From the NCBI GenBank assembly GCA_949283305.1, contig CASDRU010000016.1, positions 10,155 through 74,154 of the forward strand: a DNA stretch of 64,000 nucleotides, written 5' to 3'. The notes beneath the pieces are model-generated. The model did not search any database, had not been told where the DNA came from, and saw only the letters and a program-made list of their open reading frames with translations. Source of the DNA: an uncultured Spirochaetales bacterium (GTDB lineage: Bacteria > Spirochaetota > Spirochaetia > Sphaerochaetales > Sphaerochaetaceae). Position 1 is the stretch's first letter; each line of letters opens with the position of its first letter. The translations under genes were made by a program, and so were the position numbers. Below, one piece after another: positions 1 through 7,533 of the stretch.

Positions 1-966
1 AAGCATGTAATCCTTGCTTCTGTTGCGGACAATTATTCCCTTTTCAAGCAATTTAGAATAAAGCTCATATGCATCCTTTACCTTAACAAGGAGGAAATTG
101 GCCTCAGAAGGGAACACTCTGATGACAAAGGAGAGTTTCTCAAGCTTTGCTGCAAGACGCTCCCTTTCCTTTATTATCATATCTTTGTCACGCTCTATCG
201 AAGATGCATCAGAGAGCACCCTGATTGCATCCTCCTGATCTGAAAGCGATACATTGTAAGGAGCCTTGAGGCGAAGATAGACATCTACAATCTCCTCATC
301 TGCAAACATGAACCCCACACGGGAGGATGCAAGTGAGAAGAACTTGCTCATTGTCTTCAATACCACAATTCTCCTGTTGCCATCTCTCTGATTCCAGAGC
401 GTTCCGTAAGAGGAGGCAAATTCTGCATAAGCCTCATCAATTACAGTAATCCCGGGATTTGCATCTGCAATCTCAAGAATCTCATCCTTTGGGAAAAGCA
501 TTCCGGTAGGATTATTCGGATTAGTGATGAAGACTATTTTAACATCACCTTTTTTCACTCGCTCTTTCGCACTCTCCACATCAAGGGAGAAGTCAGGCCT
601 CAAGGGGATATCAACAACACTGACATCATTAAAGAGCGAGAAGACTTTATACTCCCCGTAGGTGGGGGAGAAAATCATGACCTTATCCTCTCCTGGTGTG
701 CAGAAAAGACGGATGAGCATATCAATCATCTCATCAGAGCCGTTTGACACAGCAATGTTTTCAAAGGGAACTGAGAAATAAGAACTTATTTTCTCTCTCA
801 GCCTGACGGCCTTCGGATCAGGGTATCTGTTCTTCCCGCCTCCAAGATGGTCATAGCAGTTTTCATTTGCATCAAGATAGATTGCATCAGCGCAATCTGC
901 CTCATCACGTGCGCATTTATACCCATCAAGAGATATTAGGTGTTTTCTTAAAAGACTTTCAATCAA
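1..966 (-). CDS. hisC: histidinol-phosphate aminotransferase (3' end runs off the window edge)
   Basis: Hand translation of the minus strand gives ...IYLDANENCYDH... and the PLP-lysine motif TMSKFFSLASSRVG. TTG start at 966 overlaps the hisD stop (TTGATTGA), with GGAGG about 6 nt upstream. It completes the hisG-hisD-hisC order. Confidence 0.85.
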   Translation of the reverse strand, partial: MIESLLRKHLISLDGYKCARDEADCADAIYLDANENCYDHLGGGKNRYPDPKAVRLREKISSYFSVPFENIAVSNGSDEMIDMLIRLFCTPGEDKVMIFSPTYGEYKVFSLFNDVSVVDIPLRPDFSLDVESAKERVKKGDVKIVFITNPNNPTGMLFPKDEILEIADANPGITVIDEAYAEFASSYGTLWNQRDGNRRIVVLKTMSKFFSLASSRVGFMFADEEIVDVYLRLKAPYNVSLSDQEDAIRVLSDASSIERDKDMIIKERERLAAKLEKLSFVIRVFPSEANFLLVKVKDAYELYSKLLEKGIIVRNRSKDYML

Positions 967-2242
967 GACGCACCTCCATTGCCCTCTTGTGAGCATCAAG
1001 GCCTTCTGATAAAGCCATCGTCATTACAGAAGAAGCAAGCTCTCTTGCTCCTTTCCTGCTGATTTTCTCGACTGTTATCTTCTTGATGAAACTGTCAAGC
1101 GATACCCCGCCAGTGAATTTTGCCTGAGCAGAAGTCGGTAGACTGTGATTAACTCCGCTTGCATAATCCCCGCAGCTTTCAGATGAATAAGGACCAAGGA
1201 ATATGCTTCCTGCGTTGTTTACTCTCTCAAGCATATCCATATGATTTCTTGTATTCAGAATAAGATGTTCTGGCGCATACTCATTAATTGCATCGATTAT
1301 CAGATTCTCATCCTCAGAGATTATCGCAACAGATGATGAGAGAGATTTCTCAATGATTTTCCTGCGGTCAAGAGTATCTATCTCCTTTTCAAGTTCCTTC
1401 ATGACTGAGGAAAGCACTTTTCTCCCGTTTTTCTCATCTTCTCTGATCAAAAGCACCACCTGACTGTCTTCTCCGTGCTCTGCCTGGGAAAGAAGATCGA
1501 GAGCGGCATATCGGGCAGATGAGAAGTGGTCGATTACTACCATGACCTCAGAAGGGCCCGCAAACATGTCTATACAGACATCCTCTGACACCATTTTCTT
1601 GGCAATGTTCACATAACGGTTTCCGGGACCGAAAATCTTATCCCTCTTTTTTATGCTTTCTGTGCCGTATGCGAATGCTGCTATTGCCTGAGCTCCGCCG
1701 ACCTTGAGAATTTTCCTTGCACCAGAGATTTTGGCGGCAAACAGAACCGCATCATTGACTTTACCGTTTTTTGCTGGGGTGGCAATCATTATATCCTTGC
1801 ACTTGGCAATCTGTGCAGGAATTGCAAGCATGAGCACAGTTGAAAACAGGGGTGCACTTCCACCTGGAACATAGAGTCCCACACTCTCAATCGGACGGGA
1901 AATTCGCCAGAGCTTCACCCCATCCATTGTGCTCACCTTCTTTTCACTCATCCTCTGGCTCTCATGGAATTTCCTTATGTTGCTGGCAGCTGTTTCAATA
2001 GCACTCTTGAGAGCATCATCAAGAGCATTTTCAGATCTCTCAATCTCTTCTTCTGAGACAAAGAGGCTGTCAAGTGAAGAGGAGTCAAAAATCTGCGCAT
2101 ACTCATAAAGAGCAGCATCACCTCTCTTTCTGACATTCTTTATGATTTCTCTCACACATTTTTCTGCGTTCCTGTCATTCTCAAAGGGACGGCAGAGTAT
2201 TTTATCAAGCTTTTCTCTCTCAGGATTGCAATATACTTTCAT
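959..2242 (-). CDS. hisD: histidinol dehydrogenase
   Basis: 427 aa ORF with the SQAEHGEDSQ and GGSAPLFSTVLM motifs typical of HisD. It starts 3 nt after hisG. Confidence 0.95.
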   Translation of the reverse strand: MKVYCNPEREKLDKILCRPFENDRNAEKCVREIIKNVRKRGDAALYEYAQIFDSSSLDSLFVSEEEIERSENALDDALKSAIETAASNIRKFHESQRMSEKKVSTMDGVKLWRISRPIESVGLYVPGGSAPLFSTVLMLAIPAQIAKCKDIMIATPAKNGKVNDAVLFAAKISGARKILKVGGAQAIAAFAYGTESIKKRDKIFGPGNRYVNIAKKMVSEDVCIDMFAGPSEVMVVIDHFSSARYAALDLLSQAEHGEDSQVVLLIREDEKNGRKVLSSVMKELEKEIDTLDRRKIIEKSLSSSVAIISEDENLIIDAINEYAPEHLILNTRNHMDMLERVNNAGSIFLGPYSSESCGDYASGVNHSLPTSAQAKFTGGVSLDSFIKKITVEKISRKGARELASSVMTMALSEGLDAHKRAMEVRLD

Positions 2243-2245
2243 CTT

Positions 2246-3094
2246 CTACTCCGTCATCTTCTCGATATCAAGGACTATTATTCCCTCAGCTCCAAGAGTC
2301 CTGAGACTTTCAAACACGCTCCAGAAATCATCCTCGCTGACAACAGCCTGGACACTTACCCATTGAGGGTTGAAAAGAGGCGTGACAGTCGGGCTTTTCA
2401 TTCCCCCTATTATGAGTGCAGCCTCTTCTATCTTGTCCTTAGGTAGATTGAAAAGCACATATTTTTTCTTCCTTGCAAGCATCACCGCATCCAGGCGGGA
2501 AAGGAGGCGTGCCAGCACCGGGCCTTCAAATCCTTTCTTTGAGATAAGGACTGCAGAGGATTTGTAGATGCACTCATCCTCTTTCAGCCCGTTCATCTTA
2601 AGAGTAACTCCTGTGGACACAAGATCACATATTGCATCAGATACCTTTATCGAAGGAGCAATTTCCACAGAGCCCTGAAGAACTTCTATTTTCGCATTCA
2701 CTCCATTCTCATCAAGTATCTTCTTAAGTATCCCGGGATAGCTTGTGGCAATCGTCTTTCCTTCAAGACTCTTTATCCCCGCATATGGAAAATCAGATGG
2801 AGTTGCTATTGAAAGACGGCAGGAGGCAAAGCCAAGATCTCTTACTACATTCAAGTCATAGCCGGACTCATCAAGCTCATTTCTCCCTACAATTCCAAGA
2901 TCCACTATACCTTCGCTCACATAGCGCGGGATATCGTCATCGCGCACGAAGAGGAAGGAAAGAGGAAAATTTCTTGCCTCCGCTTTCAAGACCCTGTCAT
3001 CAGCATAAAAATCGATTCCGCATTTTCTGATCATATCCAGAGATTTCTCTGACAGTCTGCCGCTTTTCTGAAGTGCGATGCTTATCCTTTCCAT
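2246..3094 (-). CDS. hisG: ATP phosphoribosyltransferase, long form
   Basis: 282 aa with FLFVRDDDIPRYVSEGIVDLGIVGRNEL and a C-terminal regulatory domain. AAAGGAGG Shine-Dalgarno (SD) sequence upstream. Confidence 0.93.
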   Translation of the reverse strand: MERISIALQKSGRLSEKSLDMIRKCGIDFYADDRVLKAEARNFPLSFLFVRDDDIPRYVSEGIVDLGIVGRNELDESGYDLNVVRDLGFASCRLSIATPSDFPYAGIKSLEGKTIATSYPGILKKILDENGVNAKIEVLQGSVEIAPSIKVSDAICDLVSTGVTLKMNGLKEDECIYKSSAVLISKKGFEGPVLARLLSRLDAVMLARKKKYVLFNLPKDKIEEAALIIGGMKSPTVTPLFNPQWVSVQAVVSEDDFWSVFESLRTLGAEGIIVLDIEKMTE

Positions 3095-3106
3095 AACTCC
3101 TCCTTT

Positions 3107-3136
3107 AATAAAAAAGCCCTTCCAAAATGGAAGAGC
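3107..3136 (-). terminator. intrinsic terminator hairpin immediately upstream of the hisG SD (candidate attenuator)
   Basis: Minus-strand RNA reads GCUCUUCCA-UUU-UGGAAGGGC (9 bp, one G-U) followed by UUUUUUAUU, then AAAGGAGG and the hisG AUG. Confidence 0.55.
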
Positions 3137-3165
3137 CTCTTATAAAAAACACCACCATCCTGGAA

Positions 3166-3216
3166 TCAGGCTGTACGTGATGTGTGATGATGTGCTTCTG
3201 TGTTTCTATATATCAT
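3166..3216 (-). promoter_or_regulatory. candidate his leader peptide ORF (MIYRNTEAHHHTSRTA)
   Basis: 16-codon ORF with three consecutive His codons (CAT CAT CAC), 30 nt upstream of the terminator hairpin. No SD is visible upstream of its ATG. Confidence 0.35.
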
Positions 3217-3248
3217 GACAAAAGATTAATCCCTATTCTCTTCTCTGG

Positions 3249-3824
3249 TCAAGACTTTTCCTCATATGTTACATCAACATTCCCGTTTTTCCTGTCAATG
3301 TACCATTTTGCAACAGCAGAAACAACCATCGCTGTTCCAGCAACGATCAAAATGATAGCAATTACTGTCATCACAACTGACTGGATGAAGGATGGGAAGA
3401 GGAACAGGAAAACTGCAAAGATCACTGATGAGACTGCACTGGTTATGAGAGTCGATGGAATCCCGAGCTTCTTCAGCTTCACTGAATCCAGTATACCGAC
3501 AGCTCCGGAAAGGAGCAGATCAAGGGCAAAGAGGTAGATTATGATGTTTCCAAGCACATGGGGCTTTGCAAGCGAGAGATATATTATGATTAGAGAAAGG
3601 ATTATATTTATCCCGTTCTTCAGCGCGCCTGTTATGAAAAGCCGCCTTGATGAACGGAGGAAATACCTTGTCACAACATACAGCTCCCTTGCTGATGAGA
3701 AGAGAAGGAAGAATGCGAGGATAAGAAAAACTATTGCTATTACTCTTGACGGGAAAAGAAGAATCAAAAATCCCAATAAAAGAGGGAACAGCGCCGTGAT
3801 AATCTGTAGTGCTAACTTTTTCAT
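3249..3824 (-). CDS. multi-pass membrane protein (HdeD/DUF308-like, tentative)
   Basis: 191 aa, about six hydrophobic helices, no catalytic motif recognised. Confidence 0.55.
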   Translation of the reverse strand: MKKLALQIITALFPLLLGFLILLFPSRVIAIVFLILAFFLLFSSARELYVVTRYFLRSSRRLFITGALKNGINIILSLIIIYLSLAKPHVLGNIIIYLFALDLLLSGAVGILDSVKLKKLGIPSTLITSAVSSVIFAVFLFLFPSFIQSVVMTVIAIILIVAGTAMVVSAVAKWYIDRKNGNVDVTYEEKS

Positions 3825-3863
3825 ACTTATAATTTAAACCCACTTATTAAAAAAAGCAAAAAA

Positions 3864-4592
3864 ATGTATCTTTTCATTATGCACGACCTGTTATTTGATA
3901 TGGACGGCACGCTTTATGACTTCAAGAAAAGTGAGAGCGTATGCCTTGAGAAAGTATTTCGTGAAGCTGATATTGCTTACACTGATGAAATGATTGCACT
4001 CTATCAGAGTGTGAATCACAGGCTCTGGGATGAATATGAGAAAGGACTCGTCAGCCAGAGCTATGTTGAAAATGAGCGCATGCAGCTCTTCTTTGATGAA
4101 ATCGGATGCAGAAAAGACGGGCATAAAGCCGCCTCCGATTATGTAGAATACCTTTCCCAGACTGACTTCATGATTGATGGGGCCAGGGATTTTCTAGAGA
4201 GGATAAAGGACAACAGACGCCTTTTCATAATCACCAACGGTATTGCGAAGACACAGTATGGCAGGCTCCGCAACAGCCTTACCATGGACTTTTATGACAG
4301 AGTTTTCATCTCCGGTGAAATCGGGCTACAGAAACCGGAGAAAGCTTTCTTTGACCATGTCATGAAAGAAGGCGGCATCTCAAGAGAGAATGCTATTGTG
4401 ATTGGAGACAGCGAGAAAAGCGACATAATGGGAGCACGGAATGCAGGCATGAAGAGCATCTTCATTTCATTTGACAGAAAGAAATCCAGTCTTGCCGACT
4501 ACAGCGTCTCAACTTATGAAGAGCTATACAGCTTGATTGTTGACCTCGATAAGGCGGAGAGTAACAATCAAGAGCTCGTTCGGTCCAACTGA
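3864..4592 (+). CDS. HAD-superfamily hydrolase (YjjG-like nucleotidase subfamily, tentative)
   Basis: Motif I DMDGTL, and GDSEKSDIMGARNAG near the C-terminus. The start may be the ATG at 3879. Confidence 0.8.
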   Translation: MYLFIMHDLLFDMDGTLYDFKKSESVCLEKVFREADIAYTDEMIALYQSVNHRLWDEYEKGLVSQSYVENERMQLFFDEIGCRKDGHKAASDYVEYLSQTDFMIDGARDFLERIKDNRRLFIITNGIAKTQYGRLRNSLTMDFYDRVFISGEIGLQKPEKAFFDHVMKEGGISRENAIVIGDSEKSDIMGARNAGMKSIFISFDRKKSSLADYSVSTYEELYSLIVDLDKAESNNQELVRSN

Positions 4593-5234
4593 AAAGAATC
4601 CCTCTTCTCCAAATGCGTATGTGGGGTGTATCCAGAGCCGCCAGAGCGATCCCTCATTCATCATGATGAGGGCTTCTCTTATTGCAGGAATCATGGAGGA
4701 TACAAGAACCGTCTCTCCTCCTTCTGCAGTTGTTGCAACGTTTGAACCGTCAAGCAGGCTTATTGAATATGAGACAGTAACGGATGAATCACTTGCAGGC
4801 TTTACACCTTCCCCCTGATAAAGCACCTCATATTCAAATATATCCCGCACTGTGTTCACATTGCTTCTTTCTTTGTTGATTTTCAAAAAGGTCTCTGCCT
4901 CCTCCAGATTCTTCTCCGCCTCAGCTTCTCTCTCCTCCTGAGCAGACAGCAGTATATCCTCCTGATGGAGAGAGAATATGTTCATCATCTCATCATCAGA
5001 ATAAATATTCTCTCCCCTGCTTTCAGCAAGGACTCCGGATGCAAAGAAATATGGATCTATATCAATTGAGGACTCCCGGGTCATATTGTAAAAAAGAGCA
5101 CCGTAGGCATATGAGAACTTCTCCTCAAGGCTCTTGGGATCATTTAACAAAGCATAATCTGAATTCTCAGCGTTTTTTTCCTGTGAACAGGATAAAAGAA
5201 GAAGAGATAATAATATCAAAAAAAGCTTTTTCAA
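4524..5234 (-). CDS. FKBP-type peptidyl-prolyl cis-trans isomerase lipoprotein
   Basis: Signal peptide with lipobox LLLSC. C-terminal FKBP domain (VTVSYSISLLDGSNV...IHPTYAFGEEG). Confidence 0.85.
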   Translation of the reverse strand: MKKLFLILLSLLLLSCSQEKNAENSDYALLNDPKSLEEKFSYAYGALFYNMTRESSIDIDPYFFASGVLAESRGENIYSDDEMMNIFSLHQEDILLSAQEEREAEAEKNLEEAETFLKINKERSNVNTVRDIFEYEVLYQGEGVKPASDSSVTVSYSISLLDGSNVATTAEGGETVLVSSMIPAIREALIMMNEGSLWRLWIHPTYAFGEEGFFSVGPNELLIVTLRLIEVNNQAV

Positions 5235-5746
5235 AACACTTCTCCATTTGAGTCTATTATACAGATTGTGACCATGTCCTCAACCTCTATTGAAAGGAGA
5301 GCCTCGCTCAGAAGGTCATCATATGCAATCACGCTCGCACTTTTTATTACTGAAGAATAAAGTGCGCCGCAGCCTCCGAATGCCTGAAGGTACACGCTTT
5401 TATGTTCCTTGAGAGCATTCATCACCTCACTGCTCCTCGGGCCCTTTCCAATAAGGACCCTTGCACCGAGTGAGAGCATGTACGGTGTGTATTTGTCCAT
5501 TCTCTGGCTTGTTGTAGGGCCTGCAGATCCAATTACATCTCCCTCTTTCTTCTCAGATGGTCCCATATAATATATTCCTGAACCATCAAAATCCAGCGCT
5601 AGGCTGTTATGGCTGTCAAATATCCTCTTATGAGCAGCATCACGCGCGACAAAGAGCTTTCCGCTGATGATCACTTCATCACCCTTTTTTATGCTCAAAA
5701 GATCCTTTTCATCAGAAATGGGAAGAGTGAGTCTTACTTTATTCAA
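5231..5746 (-). CDS. class I fumarate hydratase / Fe-S hydro-lyase, beta subunit
   Basis: 171 aa with GKLFVARDAAHKRI and GPTTSQRMD motifs. Overlaps the alpha subunit gene. Confidence 0.85.
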   Translation of the reverse strand: MNKVRLTLPISDEKDLLSIKKGDEVIISGKLFVARDAAHKRIFDSHNSLALDFDGSGIYYMGPSEKKEGDVIGSAGPTTSQRMDKYTPYMLSLGARVLIGKGPRSSEVMNALKEHKSVYLQAFGGCGALYSSVIKSASVIAYDDLLSEALLSIEVEDMVTICIIDSNGEVF

Positions 5747-6572
5747 GATTACCTCCTTTTAAGATCAATGAAGCACTGCGCTCAGCCCAGCATGAGATAT
5801 TCATGGCAAAAGGAAGACCTGCGATGTGGACAGGATATGAAAGAACAGAAACATCAAGGCATGTAGCCTTTCCCCTGAGCCCTCCTGCCCCGATTTCCAG
5901 CTCATTTATCTTCTCCATTATCCTATTTTCAAGAAGAGTGTACCTCTCATCCTCGTTTTTCCTTACAAGGGCCTTCTTCGAAAGCTCGGCAGCTTTATCG
6001 AGTGTTCCTCCAAGCCCTATTCCTATGAACATCGGCGGACAGGGCTTAGCTCCAGCCTTCTTTACTCCTCTTAATGCTGCTTCAATCACATCCTCTGGGC
6101 TGGAAGTAGGGCTTAAAAGTTCAGTATATGAGCAGTTCTCGCTTCCAAATCCCTTTAACAGGATATCAATTCTTATATCAGAGCCCTCTGTGACCTCATA
6201 GCAGATCACGCATGGCATGTTGTTGCCTGTGTTTTTTCTCTGAAAAAGAGGATCACTGACTATGCTCTTTCTGAAAAGCCCGTTTTCTGCTGCTTTCTTT
6301 AGTCCTTTCTTTATCTCGCAATCAAGAAATGCAATATCAGCGCCGCTTTCTCTACCCGCTTCAACACTGACCCAGAACATTCCGGTGTCCTGACAGAGCG
6401 GAATATCTTTTTCTCTTGCAATCTCAATATTCTCTGCTATCATGTCAAGGCATAGCCGCGCTTCTTCTTTTTCTTCTCTCTTCTGCGCATCCAGCAGCTT
6501 CTGCTCCACAGAAAGTGGAAGAATGCGGGAGGATTTTATGACAATTTCCTCTATTTTCTCACATAGTCTCAT
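5739..6572 (-). CDS. class I fumarate hydratase / Fe-S hydro-lyase, alpha subunit
   Basis: LCQDTGMF, GSENCS and CPP Cys motifs. Start moved to MRLCEK at 6572, because the 6662 start would run through the upstream gene. Confidence 0.85.
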   Translation of the reverse strand: MRLCEKIEEIVIKSSRILPLSVEQKLLDAQKREEKEEARLCLDMIAENIEIAREKDIPLCQDTGMFWVSVEAGRESGADIAFLDCEIKKGLKKAAENGLFRKSIVSDPLFQRKNTGNNMPCVICYEVTEGSDIRIDILLKGFGSENCSYTELLSPTSSPEDVIEAALRGVKKAGAKPCPPMFIGIGLGGTLDKAAELSKKALVRKNEDERYTLLENRIMEKINELEIGAGGLRGKATCLDVSVLSYPVHIAGLPFAMNISCWAERSASLILKGGNLE

Positions 6573-7533
6573 AGAGATCTCCTTCAAAAACATCCATCTC
6601 TTCCATTTTTGCCTCAAGTAGAGAAAGGAATCTTGATTTATCGGGGAAAGAGCGGGGAGCAATAAGGCGATGCGAAGGAGTCTCGCTTATTAGGCGCTGG
6701 ATTACTATATCCTTCCTCAGATGACGCAGGAAGATGATGACAGCATCAAGGTACTCATCAAAACTCAGAAGCTTTATTTCTCCTTTTCTCCACTCTTCTG
6801 CAAGCCTCGTTCCACCAGTTATATGAAGGTTGTGGATTTTCACAAAATCAGAATAAATGGATACTGCCCTGCTTGTTCTTATAAAATCCTCAGCCCCTTC
6901 TCCTGGAAGACCCAGAATCACATGCGTTGAAAGCATTATGTTCCTCTTCTTTATCATCTCTGCGGCTTTCAGATAGCATTCAAGATTATGGCCGCGGTTA
7001 ATCCTCTCAAGACTCCTGTCATTTGCACTCTGAAGCCCAAGCTCTATTGAAACAGCACGCTCAGGAGATGCAAAGCTTTCTATGAGATCAAGCCTCTCTT
7101 CATCTATTTCATCAGGACGGGTGGATATTATGAACTCAATGAAGTCTGCGCAGGAAAGAGCCTCTGAATATATTCTCTCCAGGTTCTTTATGCTGTCATA
7201 TGTGTTCGTATAGCTTTGCAGATAAAGTGCGAATGCCTCAGCACCATAGCGCTCAGTGAGAAAATTTCTTCCTTTTTCTATCTGCTTCTTTATGCTGTCG
7301 ACTCTTATGCTGTTCTTTTCGGCAACAACGGGATTATAAAGTGAATCGTGATGAAACGCGCTCTCATCCCTTCTCTGGTATGTGGCAACGCTGCCTGTGC
7401 CATCGCAGAAAGCGCATCCTCCTCCTTTGTTCTTGTCCCTGTTGGGGCATGAGAAACCAGCATCAACCCCTATTCTGTAAACTCTTTTATGATATTTCTC
7501 TTCCAGATATTCCTTATAGGAGTGCCATCTCAT
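6559..7533 (-). CDS. radical SAM protein, TIGR01212 (YhcC) family
   Basis: FSCPNRDKNKGGGCAFCDG cluster motif at the N-terminus. 324 aa. Confidence 0.85.
   Translation of the reverse strand: MRWHSYKEYLEEKYHKRVYRIGVDAGFSCPNRDKNKGGGCAFCDGTGSVATYQRRDESAFHHDSLYNPVVAEKNSIRVDSIKKQIEKGRNFLTERYGAEAFALYLQSYTNTYDSIKNLERIYSEALSCADFIEFIISTRPDEIDEERLDLIESFASPERAVSIELGLQSANDRSLERINRGHNLECYLKAAEMIKKRNIMLSTHVILGLPGEGAEDFIRTSRAVSIYSDFVKIHNLHITGGTRLAEEWRKGEIKLLSFDEYLDAVIIFLRHLRKDIVIQRLISETPSHRLIAPRSFPDKSRFLSLLEAKMEEMDVFEGDLYETM

Noticed and set aside
3184-3537. 117-aa plus-strand ORF beginning MMMCFC
   Set aside because: The ATG ATG run is simply the reverse complement of the CAT CAT His codons of the candidate leader. 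The rest is antisense to the membrane protein gene.
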